Below, one piece after another: positions 50,776-64,000 of a stretch of 64,000 nt of DNA. Made by a program: the position numbers and the translations under genes. The notes below the pieces were generated by a model. The model did not search any database. It was given only the letters and a program-made list of their open reading frames with translations, and was not told the DNA's origin. The DNA lies in the NCBI RefSeq assembly GCF_018350175.1, contig NC_058368.1:183150001-183214000 (forward strand), read 5' to 3'. This DNA is from Felis catus. Its lineage: Eukaryota. How positions within the stretch are numbered: position 1 is the first letter of the stretch; each line of letters opens with the position of its first letter.

Positions 50776-51014
50776 GGGCCGCCTGGGTGGCTCAGTTGGT
50801 TGAGAGTCTGACTTCAGCTCAGGTCATGATCTCACAGTTCGTGGGTTCAAGCCCCGCGTGGGGCTGTGCTGACAGCTCAGAGCCTGGAGCCTGCTTTGTA
50901 TTCTGTCTCCCTCTCTCTCTGCCCCTCCCCCACTCATGCTCTGTCTCTCTCTCTCCTTCAAAAATAAATAAAAAACATTATAAAAAATTTAAAAAAAATG
51001 AATAAAAAAAATAA
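50776..51014 (+). mobile_element. CanSINE, right unit of a tandem pair
   Basis: Head 'gggccgcctgggtggctcag'. Right TSD at 51015-51030. Confidence 0.96.
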
Positions 51015-52389
51015 AAGAGTAATGCAGTGAGCAAGTACTAGTAAGGGACACATAGGTGTTACACCAGCTGAAGTTTATGGAGTTTTGATACAGAATATCT
51101 TCTGTAGTTCCTATGAAAATATTAGATCCAGTAGAGGACAGCTCAAATTTTCTTACAAGGAGTATTTATTGTTAAATCTAATACATGATTTCCTGGATCA
51201 ATTTTAACTTTTTGAAGGCTCAAAACTTGAAACCAAGGAAGGAAAAAGTCTTTCAGGAGATGAATGGACTATTCCTGATGGCCACACTATCTGTGTTTAA
51301 ATGTTGAGTTGTGATTATGCCATACGAAGGGATACTGAGACACTAGGGGATATTGACGCAGCTGATGCAAGAAGCAGAGAGAACCCATTACTGTCAATGA
51401 GAAGACTATGAATTTGAGGATGAACAGATGTTAGACTTCTTTGAAATATGTGCCATGGTACTAATTACCAGTGTGAAAAATGAGAGAGGAGAGTGGGGGA
51501 TAGCAAAATAGGTTTGACTAAGTTGGAACCATATGCATATTTAGAGGGGGAATGGGTGGAGGGCTATTTGAACAGAGAGCACAAAAGATGAAAATAAGTT
51601 TGGCATCACATCATATAGAGATTTTCAGTGTGGCTGTAGAACCTATGCCACAGAAAGTCCTTGGATAAAGATACATGATTTGATTTCAAGTCCTTAGGTA
51701 CATTTTCTGTAAAACCAAGAATCCTGGGCAAATCCCATAGTGGGTGTGGAGTAAGCAATGGGTGAAGGAAAATAAATAATGAAGAGAGAAGGAAGTTTAA
51801 AACAAAAAAGCATCATAGAAAGAAGAATGAAACAGCAAAGATTCAAAATGATCCAAAGGAGGTAGAAAAAGGACACTCTAAATCAGGAGAAATGTATGCA
51901 CAAAAACATTAATACAAACGTTTAGACACAATAACTTTTATTCCATATCCAGGTGGTAGGTTTAACCAGAGGGCTTCCTTGATTATGTCAAATAATTATA
52001 CACTAGCATTTTATAAAAAGTGTATTTAAAAGAGCATCAAATGTAATGTTTATGATTTACCTGAATAGATCTTTGAAGAAAGGAAAAAAAAATGATACAA
52101 AAACTTTACTTATTTAGGAATAACATTTGACTTAGGCTTCACAGTAGTCCAGAGGAAACAAACAGGGAAGCATCGTTTACAAATTTTCATTATGCTTGGA
52201 TACACTATTAATAAACTCTTCTTGCTGGAACATTCATTGCAATGTCATATCTATCAATACCAGCCTTCCAGCATTAATGCTATCAACAACAAAACAGTGA
52301 TCACAATTTCACAACTGCTTATGAAGAGCTTATAAGCTTTAATTTGGTAGTGAGTTATAAAGATGGTCCATGACTCTCTTAATATGAAC

Positions 52390-52392
<3 letters not shown>

Positions 52393-52428
<36 letters not shown>
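52393..52428. repeat. (TG)n microsatellite
   Basis: Direct reading. Confidence 0.98.
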
Positions 52429-52432
<4 letters not shown>

Positions 52433-53271
52433 CAGGAACCAGGGTAAGAATTAAGAGGTTCCGATCCTAAATGTCTGTGTTTTGTTCACCACTTGAAAAT
52501 GGAGAATAAATCCCATTATATAAAGATGTAAGTAAGAAACTTCTGAGAGGAAAAGTGAAAATGTCCGAGGTTAGAAATACCCAATTATTGAGTGGTTCCA
52601 ACTACAGATATTTAAGGAAGGAGGTTAGTTTGATGCCTGACACTTCCACATGAATCTATTTTACTTCTCACTCTGTGATAAAAGACAAATTTTAACTCAC
52701 TTAAATCCACAAAATGGGAACTTCATTTTACCTCAGCTGATTCATTTCCTTCAGTGGAAACATCTTTATTATAATGTGCTTTTGTTGGGATCAAAGGGGA
52801 TTCTTAAGAGGGTCATTTAATTCTACAGAGACTTGTGATACTGGTGATGAGTTCTCAGAATATGCAATCAAAAATTGTAGTAGTATGATTAAAGTAAAAT
52901 AACCTGTATTTTATTTGAAATTACATATTTCATTGGAGTATATATTGCAAGTTGCAAATAGTTAAGTCTCCAAAATTTTACCTGAAGATAGATTATTAGG
53001 GATTAGGATAAAATTTTATCTACTAAAGTATGTAATAAACAGTGTCTAGATTGCCAGGAACATCCCCCAAATTAAATTTAATCTACATTATTATTGACAT
53101 ATAATTTTGTGAAGGAAGTACAACATAATACTGTTGTTACTCTAAACACAGACATTTTAAAATAGAATTATCTTTTTAATACTTTTGATCTTGGGTGCTT
53201 GAGGTTCAATTAGATAAGAAGTGTCTGAGGATTCCTGTGGCTATTCTAAAGACAAAATGAGTGACCTTTTC

Positions 53272-53493
53272 CTTTTTTAAAAAAAAATGTTTATTTATTT
53301 TTAAAAGAAAGAGACGCAGAGCATGAGTGGGTGAGGGGCAGAAAGAGAGAGGGGGAGACACAGAATCCAAAGCAGGCTCCAGGCTCCGAGCTGTCAGCAC
53401 AGAGCCTGATGCAGGGCTCAAACTCAACGAACTGTGAGATCATGACCTGAGCCAAAGTCAGGAGCTTAACCAACTGAGCCATCCAAGTGCCCC
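53272..53493 (-). mobile_element. CanSINE (SINEC_Fc)
   Basis: TSD ATGAGTGACCTTTTC at 53257-53271 and 53494-53508. Confidence 0.98.
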
Positions 53494-54363
53494 ATGAGTG
53501 ACCTTTTCTAAGTGCCTAGTGTATGTTGAAATATTGTGCTAGATGATTTACATAGGTTAACTAAATTAGACTTCATATTAACTCCAAAACTATACATTTT
53601 AACTTACTATAAAAGTGAAAAAAACACATATATTTAAGTAATCCATTAAGCCCCATAGATCTTAAGAGGTACATATAGAATTTTAAATCATGTTTGTCCA
53701 TTGTTTATTTTCTGGATTTTGAGATTTTCAGACTCTTAGCATCTTAGGGTTCTGGATATTTATAATGACTAATTTCACTTCAAAACCTAACTTTTCTTTT
53801 CCAGGACACTGGATGAGAAACCTATCAGAGGACAACAAAGAAGGAACACCATGTCTTAAACTATCAAAGGAAGATCCACCAGCATCGTGTTTATATGATC
53901 AGCTTTGCCATCATCTCTCATTACCAAGGACTTACTATATGTGAGATGCTGTACAATGCTCTTTACACATATTGTCTTATTTGATCTCATAAAAATTATA
54001 CAACTTAGATTCAACTATTATCCTTATTTAACTAAGATACTTAACAGTTTAGTAACTATTATCCCCTTGATCAGACAGGCTGATTCCAGAACCCATCTTC
54101 TACACTACTATGTTAAAATGCCATTCCTCCAACATCCATATGGAGGTACCATATATTTGTTTTAAGTTCTATTTCTTGTATCCTTCATGAGTATTTAAAG
54201 ACCTCCACCCTGGAACTAATAGCAGAAGTTTCCCATTTTTGGTAAGGCACTTAGATTTACTCCCTTCTATTGTAATACCTTCCACTTGGGGCTTTCTTTC
54301 TAGGGGGCAGGTTTGATTACGTTTTCATCTAGATTTTCATGATGGGTATCAGACAGTACATAT

Positions 54364-54536
54364 TGACTCTTGGTTATGGCTCAGCTCATGAGCTCGCAGT
54401 TTTGAGCTCCGTGTTGGCTCTCCACAGGCAGCGTAGAGCCTGCTTGGGATTCTCTGCTCCCTCTCTCTCTGCCCATTCCCCATTCATGCTGTCTCTGTCT
54501 CTCTCAAAATAAATAAATAAAACTTAAAAAAATTAA
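54364..54536 (+). mobile_element. 5'-truncated CanSINE, followed by a MIR fragment to about 54625
   Basis: Starts at 'tgactcttggttatggctcag' and lacks the A-box head. CT tract and A tail are present. Confidence 0.9.
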
Positions 54537-55584
54537 AGTTACACATCTGGGTTCAAATTCTAATTTTATGACATTGTCCAAGCTAGCATTTCTGCACTTT
54601 AGTTTTCTCACTTGCGAAAAACAAAAACAGAAAGAAGGTAAAGTAATGCTGTATTTCATCAATCCTGAATTGTACTTTTTCCTCCCACATTTCAGCATCT
54701 ATGAAGATGAACATATCTTACAATCAATGATGTGGCATAGTTTAATTGACAATATCTCTACTTTCTCACTGGTACCCAAAATTATGTGTCTTAAAATTGA
54801 CAGTGACTTAGATTTGACAAAATATAATGTGTTCTTTAATGATTATTATATTCACTTTGCTTGATGCCTTAACATCTAATTCTCAGATGATTTAGTTTAA
54901 GCAAATGTTTGTATATCCATTCCCTTGACAAAGATGTAACCTAGAAACTTCAGGGAAAGTTTTTTGTCCTACTAGGAAAGACACACAGAGACATCTTTCT
55001 GAACACTGTCATGTGACTTTTAGAATGGCTACAGCCATCTATTTTCCAGTTTGAAATTAAAAATACTAGCAAAGAATAATAGAACCACAAGAAATATTAG
55101 AAGCAGAGGCAGGAATCATGATTCATCAAGGGCAGAGCACTGTTCTTCTTGTTATATATGGCAATACATTTTCTTCTTACTAACAAAATACTGATCATGA
55201 ATAATCAATGTTGTGTGTTGTGGAAAGGGTTTACTGTTACACTTCTGAAAATAAACTACATATCAATAAAGTTCAGTGTGGAGCCACTTTTTGAATATTT
55301 TATCAATAAATAGAAAAGAGTATATAGAAATCATATTTATCATATTTTTATGTTCATCATATTTGCACTGGAAACAAAATTAGAAAACTAGATGACAGGA
55401 CCAGAGTTTTAAATGATTCTGATATTATATCAGATAAAAACAGTAACTGTAAGTTAGACTGCTTGGGTTTATAACTTGCCTTCAACTCTGCCAGCCCCAG
55501 TTTTGTCATCTATATCCAGGGTATCACTGATGTTTCTCATGATGATTCTTATTAGAATATAACGAGTTAAGACATGTCACACTT

Positions 55585-57081
55585 GGATTTCAAGATATAG
55601 TACAAAACTTTAGTAATCAAATGCATATGGACTAGCACAAATATAGACACAGAAGTCAATGTTACAGAACCAAGAGTCCAGAAATAAATCTACACTTCTA
55701 TGCTCAATTAACCTATGACAAAGGAGGCAAGAATATACAGTGGGGAAAAGAATCTCTTCGATAAATGGTGCTAGGAAAACTAGACCACTACATGCAAAAG
55801 AATAAAACTGGACCACTTTCTAACAGCATACACAAAAATAAAATCCAAATGGATTAAAGACTTATATGTGAGACCTGAAACCATAACAATCCTAGGAGAG
55901 AACACAGGGGATAATCTCTGTGACATCTTTTTCTAGATGTCTCCTAAGGCAGGGGAAACAAAAGCAAATATAAACTATTGGGATTACATCAAAATAAAAG
56001 CTTTTGTACAGCAAAGGGAACCATCAACAAAACAAAAAGGCAGCCTACTGATTGGGAGAAAATATTTGCAAATGAAGTATCTGATAAGGAGTTAATATCC
56101 CAAGTATACAAAGAACTTATGCAACTCAACAGCAAAACAAGAAACAATCTGGTTAAAAAATGGGCAGAAGACCTGAACAGACGTTTTTCCAAAGAAGATT
56201 TATAGATAGCTAACACACATGAAAAGACATTTGACATCACTAATCATCAAGGAAATGCAAATCAAAACCACAATTAAGATACTACCTTAAACTTGTCAGA
56301 ATGGGTAGAATAAAAAAGACAAAAATACACAAGTGTTAGTAAGAATGTAGAAATAAAATAACTCTCATGCATTATTGGTAGGAATGTAAATTGGTGCATC
56401 CGCAATGGAAAACAGTGTGGAGATTCTTAAAAATTAAAAATAGAAATTCCTTATCATCTGGTAATTCCACAACTGGGGATTTACCCAAAGAAAACAAAAG
56501 CACTAGTTTGAAAAGATATATGCACCCCTTTGTTTATTGCAGCATTATTTACAATAGCCAAAATATGGAAGCAACCCAAGTTTCCATCAATAGATGAAGA
56601 AAGAAGATATAGCATATACAATGGAATATTACTTAGCCATAAAAAACAATGAGATTTGCAACAACATGGATGGACCCAAAGGGTATCATGTTAAGTGAAA
56701 GAAGTCAAACAAAGGAAGACAAATAACATATGATTTCACTTACATGTAGAATCTAAAAAACAAAGCAAATGAATAAACAAATACAAAGCAGAAACAAAAC
56801 CATAAATACAGAGAGAAAAATGATGGTTGCCAAAAGGGAGATAGGTAGGGGATGAGCAAAATGAGTGAATAGAAATGGGAGATTTGGGCTTCCACTTATG
56901 AAATAAATAAGTCATGGGAATAAGAGTTACAGTACAAGAAATATATCAATGTATTATGGCATATAATGACAGATGGTACTTACACCTGTGGTGAGCATAG
57001 TGTAATGTATAGACTTGTCAAATCACTATGTTGTGTACTTGGAATTAATGTAACATTATGTATCAACGATAGTGCAAAAAA
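55585..57081 (+). mobile_element. 5'-truncated carnivore L1 (ORF2 C-terminal region and 3'UTR), inserted in a MIR
   Basis: ORF fragment 55978-56205 [25 protein letters not shown]...[15 protein letters not shown] is L1 ORF2p, broken by stops and frameshifts. MIR pieces flank it (about 55425-55584 and 57083-57150). Confidence 0.95.
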
Positions 57082-57635
57082 TATGGCACCTGGAGCAAAG
57101 TACTTGGCCCATATTAAACAGTAAAAAATGCTCACTATTATTACTATTAGGCCAATGAAATGTGATTTATTTTTATATATTACTTATGATTGCTTCAGTA
57201 TTTGTCATGTGGGCAATCTACCATGCTGAAGAGGGGAAAAGTTTTAGGTTTAATTGGTAACAATAAAGTATGTTGTTAATGAGTTCAAAGGAGATATTGG
57301 GAGAAAAAAAATACAGAATATCTGTATTCCTGCAACCACAAGGATAAGTTAAACCATGAATACATTTGGGGTTTTATTAAATAAAGAAGAGGCTCTTTAT
57401 GATATTGGATTGCACAGATGCCACCACTTATATTTTAGTTATGGCTTTCCCTCCGTGTGTTAATGGTATTACAAATTGATAGGCTATATGCAAGTGAATG
57501 AAATAGTAAGTAAACACTGAAAAAAAAATGAGATCTAGCTCATTCCATCTTAGGAGAAGACCAGGGGGTGGTTTGGGAGGGTTTGCACAAGGAACAAAGG
57601 ATTGGTTACAATAGAATGAACATGGCTTTTAAATA

Positions 57636-57951
57636 TAGCTGACCTGTGAACATGGGTTTGGACTATGTGAGTCATATTATACATGGATTTTTAAAATAAA
57701 TCTATTACAGTAAATATATTTTCTCTCTCTTATTAGTTAATAGCATTTTTTTCTTAGCTTACTTTATTGTAAGAATATAGTATATAGTACATATAACACA
57801 CAAAACATGTGTTAATCAACTATTTATGTTATCAGTAAGGCTTCTGGTCAACAACAGGCCAGAAGTTCTTGGGGAGTCAAAAGTTACACATAGATTTTTG
57901 ACTTTCAAAGGTTCAGTACCACTAACTCCCAGGTTGCTCAAGGGTCAACTA
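57636..57951 (+). mobile_element. Tigger2a-like MITE
   Basis: TA | 'tagctgacctgtgaaca' ... 'tgctcaagggtcaacta' | TA. Internal 'ttagcttactttattgtaagaatatagtatata'. Confidence 0.9.
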
Positions 57952-58424
57952 TAATAGGGATTATAATGAGTTTGCTTGTTCAAAAATTTGTTAGGTCTTG
58001 CAGAATTCTTGCCTCACCTGCAAATGCAGTTAAGTGTAAATAAATGGTTCATGGATACCTTCTTTAGTTGGTAATAACTTTATAATATTGTTGCTGCATA
58101 GAATTAAACCCTAGGAATGAGATTAGATGGAACCCATTCTTATGATGTGGTGGCTTTCGATAATTTGCTTTCCAATTTGTGTACCCTATCGTGAGGCATG
58201 TTTTGCCTGCCTCCGCTACCATCATCAAGTAGGACTAACCTTATTTTGAAAAGAGAATTAGTGAAAAGGAGGAAATGGAATTATTTAAAATATGTCACTT
58301 GCTATTTTTTCATTTGAAAAAAAACTCAGGTGGGGAATAGCTGACCAGACAGTTACAACTGTAATAGATAGATTTTAAATCACATTCAAAGACTTACCTC
58401 AATAGCCTTTTATACTCTGTCTGA

Positions 58425-58893
58425 CTGGTTTTGTTTTCAGTTCAAGGTGCCACTTTATAGGTGAACTGGAGATAATCTACAGGAAAAAAAATAACACATG
58501 AAAAAGTATGAAAACTATTTCATAAGAAGAAACTGAAGGAAATTTGTGAACGTTGAGGTCTGAATAATATAATTTTGGGTCATAATAGAGCTGCTCAAAT
58601 ATTTGAAATGAAACTACTCAGAAATCTTAAAGATATATTTTATTACTATCAAATATAGGAATAATATTAATAATTGTAAGTCAAAGAGAAACACTTTCAA
58701 CATCAATTTAAAAATTATAAAATACAACAACTATATCATGAGCTATTTAATAAGTTGCCAAGCATCTACCTCATCAATGAATTTATTAAAACAGAAGCTG
58801 GATGTCATCTGTTACGATAGCTGCAGAAGGCATTTCCATATTAGTGGATGATGCTAGAACAGATACCTTTGTATATCATTTCCAACTTGAAGT
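58425..58893 (+). mobile_element. L3/CR1 3' end
   Basis: 'cagaagctggatgtcatctgttacgatagctgcagaaggcatttcc...atcatttccaactt' matches the recalled L3 3' terminus. Upstream 'caaatatttgaa' corresponds to the FKYLK region. Confidence 0.7.
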
Positions 58894-59777
58894 AAACAAC
58901 TCATTTCATTCGTGTCTATAATCTATAAGATGTTACTCTAGATTTAGAAATGCAGAAGTAAAGCCCACAAGAAGCTTTAGTCTAGATGTTAAGCCAGATC
59001 ATTCAGTAAAATTTCAAAATGATAGAGTGCTACACAAATGTTATGGAAGCGTAGAGGTGGAACAACAATTTGAGAAGAAATGGAGATAATGTGGTCAGTC
59101 CTGAAGAATATGTACAGGAGATAGGTGAAAAGAGAGCAGAAAGATACTCTATAATATCAGATGAAGTAAGAGAAGAAAGATACTCTATAATTTCTATTCA
59201 ATATATATCTGTAATATATCTTTGTTCTGTGCACCTGGTAATAGAGCAAGAAGAAGATTTAAGAATGTGGATTGTCTATACCATGGTTACCTTTAATTCT
59301 GTGTGTGCATCTACCCTAAATTAATTCAAGTACCATTAAAACAATAAACAGTAGAAAGACAAATGTCAGCAGCTTTGCAGCTTGCAAACCACAGGAGAAA
59401 ATATGTAAATAAAATCCCACTAATAATTGCTTTTCTTAGAGCATTGAAATTTAGAAACTAAAAACTATTATCTTGTCCAATTAAAAAAATCCCCAATAGT
59501 TAATAATTCTTTGCATGTCTCAGTTGCCATAAAAGATGTTTGTGAAATTCTTTAGTAATGTGAGAATAATAATGAGATCCCTTTATGACAGGTGTAGCAA
59601 ATATCATAATTTTCTAATGGATTCCCTCTATAAAGTGAATTGTGTTGGGAAGTATGGCTTAAAAAGTCAAATCATTGGAAATATAGCAGGAAATACATAT
59701 CACAATTTCTATGGAGCTGTCCCTATTTCAAATATTATTTTAATGTAAAATATGTGTTTTAATTTCAAGTTACAAAA

Positions 59778-61240
59778 GGTGGTTACAGAAGATATTCCTT
59801 AATGATTCTCACCTCCTAAAAGTCACAGCCTTGAATAGCATCCTCCAACAGTGAATAGGACTGGGCTGTGTAGCAATTAGGATACCATGAAAGTGACAAC
59901 ATCTGACATCTGGTCATAAAAAACATTGTGGCTCCTGCTTCCCTTTTTAGGATCACTTGCTCTGAGGAAAGCCATCTACCATTACATGAGGACATTCAAG
60001 TTGCCCTGTAAAGAGAAACCCAAGGCAAGGAACTAAGGCCTCCCGCTCACAGCCAAATGAGTCAGCCATATTGGAAGTGAATTCTCCAGCCCAGTCAAGC
60101 CTTCAAGTGACTGCAGTTCCAGGTGACTTTTGGTTATAACATCATGAAAGGCACTGTGCCAGAACCAACCAGCTAAGCTGCTCCCAAATTCCATACGCAT
60201 GCGCTCACTCGAGCGCACACACACACACACACAAATATGAAAATAATTATTTTTTAATAGCTTTATTGAGATGTAGTTACATATCATAAAGTTATCCAGT
60301 GTAAAGTGTCCAATTTAGTGGTACTAAAATAGATTTACCAAGATGTGCAACCATTACCATGATCTGATATTAGAACACTTTTATTATCCCCAAAATAAAT
60401 GTTTACCCAACAGCAGTCACTCATCACCCCCTCACCTCATCACTTTTTGCTTCTCAGCTCTCAACCTTAGGCAACCACTGAGTTATTTAGTTTCTAAACA
60501 GAGAGACATTCTGTCTCCATGCTTATTATGGGCATTTCACATAAATAGAATGATACAATAATGTGGCCTGTTGTCACTGGCTCATTTCACTTAAAATAAT
60601 GTTCCTGAGGTTCTTCCATGTTGTAGCATGTATCACTTCATTTTCATTTTACAAAATTATATATTCCCACTGTATATCATTTTTTGCTTATCCTTTCATC
60701 AGTTAAATATTTGAATTGTTTCTACATTGGGCCATTGTAAATAATGCTGCTTTGATCACTTATTTATAAGTTTTTGTTTGTTTTTGTTCTTTTTTACTGG
60801 AAATATATTTTCCTTTCTTTTAGGTGTAAGCCTAGGAATGAAATTCCTGGGTCATATAACTCCATGTTGAAGTTTTGAGGAACTTCCAGGCTGTATTCCG
60901 AAGTGGCAGCACTGTTTTACGTTGCCACCAGCAGTGTATGATGGTTAAATTTTTCCACATCCTCACCAAAACTTGTTATTACCTGCCTTCTGAAATTTGC
61001 CTTACAAATGAGTGTGAAATAGTATCTGACTGTGGCTTTGATTTGTATTTCCCTGATGACTAATCATGTTGAGAGTTTTTCTCTGGGTATTAACCATAGG
61101 CATCTCTTCTTTGTACATATCAGTATTCAAATCCTGGCCCATTAAAAAAAAATGGGTCATTTGTCTTATTATTGAGTTGCTCATTATTTTAAGTTCTAAA
61201 TTTTCAAGTAATTTGGTAAATGGTAAAAGATAACTAACAT
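59778..61240 (+). mobile_element. MaLR LTR (MLT1F-like) split by an L1
   Basis: 'gatcacttgctctgaggaaagcca', 'ccagcccagtcaagccttcaagtgactgcag', 'ccagctaagctgctcccaaattcc'. The LTR 3' end 'ttttaag...gtaatttgg...agataactaaca' resumes at about 61184-61240. Confidence 0.85.
60248..61183 (-). mobile_element. L1MB-type 3' end
   Basis: 'ttttaatagctttattgagatgtagtt', 'tgtgcaaccattacca', 'ttttgaggaacttccaggctg'. Confidence 0.88.
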
Positions 61241-61938
61241 ATGCATTACTTCTACATTTTCTTAGAGAAAATGTGATGCTGATGCATTTTAATTGATCAG
61301 AAGGAAAATATACTGGTTTGCTAGAGAAAAAAATGGCATTACTGTATTCTTAGCACTGGGATTCATAAACATTTAAAGTTAAGGTATAAAAAATAAAGAA
61401 AATTTCATCAGAAATAGAAATAAAAACATAATTCAAATACATATGCTTGCTTAGGTACTACATTGATAATTATTGATGATCCAAGGAAATTTCCAAAAAC
61501 TCATTATCAACCACAACAATTTTTTCAAATATAAGAAAGAACTGAAAAAGTTTGATATGTTTTTATAAATATTTTCATCTAGAAATTTTCAGTGCATCAT
61601 CTAGACCTTCCTTTGTTTATATGAAATAAAGAATATTTAGCATAAAACAGAGAACTGCATTTCATGCCTTTAAAATGCATGTCTAATAAACTCATGTTTT
61701 TCTTTAAAAAGTTATAATTCAAAATGGGATGATTTTGAATGATATAAATTATTTGGTCAGTGCTATTCATTACGTTCAGATTTAGAAACCAAATTACGTT
61801 AAGCATTTTGCAAATCTTTATTGATATTTGTATTTGAAGAAAAAATTCATTTAGTATGGTTTTAAAAAGTTATTTCTATATAATTTTTTTGTCTTCAGTT
61901 ATTTTATTGATTTAGTCCCTGCCATGTGATATAAATAT

Positions 61939-62255
61939 GGGAAAGACAAATACTATAGGATGTCACTCATATGTGGAAATTAAGAAACAAGAGATTACCA
62001 TAAGCGTGTGGGGGGTAAGGAGAGAGGCAAAGGAGAAAACACATTCAACTGCAGAGAACAAACTGGGAGTTACTGGAGGAGAGGTGGGTGGAAGGATGGG
62101 TTAAATGGGTGATGGGTATTAAGGACGGCACTTCTTATGAGCACTGGATGTTACATGTAAGTGATGAGTCACGAAATTATACACCTGCAACTATATTGCA
62201 CTGTATGTTAGCTAACTAGCATTTAAATAAAAACTTGAAAAAGACAAAAGAAAGA
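61939..62255 (+). mobile_element. Carnivore L1 3'UTR (short, 5'-truncated)
   Basis: 'gaaagacaaatactataggatgtcactcatatgtgg', 'gggtgatgggtattaagga', 'cactgtatgttagctaac', then an A-rich tail. Confidence 0.9.
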
Positions 62256-63659
62256 AATAGATGGCCTAAAACAAGAATGGGAAGTGAGTGAATATGTGCT
62301 TTAAAGCAACATCAGTAACTATATAGGTTACAGAAACATTTAATTTCTCTTCCTCGACTGATAAGAAAGATCCTTAAAATCCTATCGAGCCAGAGATTTA
62401 AAAATCCCCCAACTATTTTACCTCTGAACTATGTTATTTTTAATATAGTTTACTTCTACTTTTCTAGACTATGATAAAGAAAATTCAATCAATTTATATG
62501 GATGTTCTTATTGCTGTCTATAGTACTGTATAGACAGTACTTGCATTCTTTTATTCCCAAATGCTTGTTATAAATAATGAATTAACTCAACAAATATGAG
62601 CCCACATGCTTTCAACTTAAAATTACCATGGCATATCTGCAGAAAATGGCAGCAATAATCATATTTATTTTAAATGAAAAGTTGCTAAAAGTATATTTAA
62701 TGTTTTTCCCCCCATAACATCTGGATGAACACACAGAATTAAACTTCAGGAATTGATAATTATATAGAGAGACCCTCTAATAAGTACAAAAACATCAAAA
62801 GCAGCTCCATCTGAAGATATAAAAGTTACACTATAACCAAGTGTGATAACAAATTATCCTAATTATTTAGTGAAAGAACAAGTGTAAGCAATATAACAAA
62901 GGTTCTTTAATGTAGGTATATGAATTCAAAAGGCAGTTCTGTAAGTGAAAGAAATTCTTTGTGACGGTATGAAATATATTGTTCTGAGTGTTTTCATGAT
63001 TGGTGTAAGATGAATCTTCTTAAATGAATTATGGTGGCATCTTTGTGCTTTTTTTTCTTTTATGGAAATATTAGAATATCATTATTATATTATGCTTCAG
63101 TTGTTTACATGTTATCCAAACATTTCCCTGTCAGCATTTTACAAATTACCAGAAGGTAAGCTTAATTTATGCATTGAAGTACAATGGAGAAGCAAATGTA
63201 TTTCTATTCATGTAAGTGAGTTAGTTGATTGGCATATTTCCTGTGCTGTATGGATGTCCTATGATCATGTGTGGCTAACCTCACAAACTTTGAATGAAAT
63301 CTAATTTGTTTGCAACTTTACAAGATTTCTAAACAAAAAAAATCTCTGGAAATAACTGCATAGACAGTGGGATTTTAGTGATTTATTTTCTTCATTATAT
63401 AAACTAGATTAACTAGTTTTAAACATCTCTCCATTCCTGCCATATTTCATATATTATTCCTCCTTCTGCATGACATACAAATATAATGAAAATTAAAAAT
63501 CTGGCACTGGAGCTCTCCAAATTGTCCAAAGTTTGTGCACAATCTCTGCCATTTGGTTTTAGCTACACTGGCTATCAATTCTTAAAATATCTTAATTTTT
63601 CCCAAATTAGGCATATTCACGTTCTGTAGGAAAGACTCCTTCTACATCTGGTTTTCTTT

Positions 63660-63819
63660 GTTTTTTTTTTTTTAAGTTTATTCACTTATTTTGAGAAAGA
63701 CAGAGAAAGACCACAAGTGGGGGAGGGGCAGAGAGAGGGAGAATTCACAAGCCAGGACATCATGACCTGAGCCAAAACCAATAGTCGGACCCTTAACAGA
63801 CTGAGCCACCCAGAGCCCC
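63660..63819 (-). mobile_element. CanSINE with central deletion
   Basis: Tail and head are present, but the 'ggctcc...gagcc...ctcgaa' middle is missing. Degenerate TSD ctacatctgg/ctatatctga. Confidence 0.93.
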
Positions 63820-64000
63820 TATATCTGAGTCTTCTTTACCGTTCATGTCCCAATAGCTTAAAGTTTATTTTCTGAGAGTTCTCCTTACCATTTAAATAAA
63901 TCCTCCGCTTCCAATTTTGATCACATCACCACATTTATTTCCTTCCTGATGTTTTTCACAATCTGCAACGATCATTTTCATGTTTCTATTTTCTGATCCA

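Noticed and set aside
53272..54536. Inverted SINE pair as a dsRNA/ADAR substrate
   Set aside because: The two copies are from different, diverged subfamilies, one is truncated, and nothing in the sequence shows transcription.
55978..56597. L1 ORF2p-like ORFs as an active LINE
   Set aside because: The element is about 1.5 kb and 5'-truncated, with stops and frameshifts and no EN or RT domain.
1..64000. ORF-track entries as protein-coding genes
   Set aside because: All are 121 aa or shorter, many start at non-ATG codons, most overlap repeats, and none resembles a cellular protein or forms a spliceable exon chain.

Overview
AT-rich mammalian genomic DNA, almost certainly from a cat (Felidae), based on about 20 tRNA-derived CanSINEs, including young SINEC_Fc1-type copies, and carnivore L1 3' ends. 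I find no credible protein-coding exon, CpG island or intact RNA gene. The listed ORFs are short and are chance frames or read-throughs of SINE, L1 and microsatellite sequence. The window reads as intergenic or deep-intronic DNA with layered transposon fossils: old L1M, L2, MIR, CR1/L3, MLT1/MER21/MER31/ERVL LTRs, Tigger2 and hAT-Charlie MITEs. The main observations are: (1) a TSD-flanked, tailless 5'-half tRNA-Cys(GCA) retrocopy ending exactly at the anticodon; (2) a rare mid-ORF2 CR1 LINE fossil; (3) an ERV1-type solo LTR nested in MER21; (4) very young, possibly polymorphic SINEs and a SINE dimer inside one TSD pair; (5) a recent 74-bp tandem duplication; (6) a perfect 28-bp palindrome. I see no evidence for a new biological system. 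Repeat family names come from recalled consensus sequences and need RepeatMasker/Dfam confirmation. Boundaries of old repeats are approximate.
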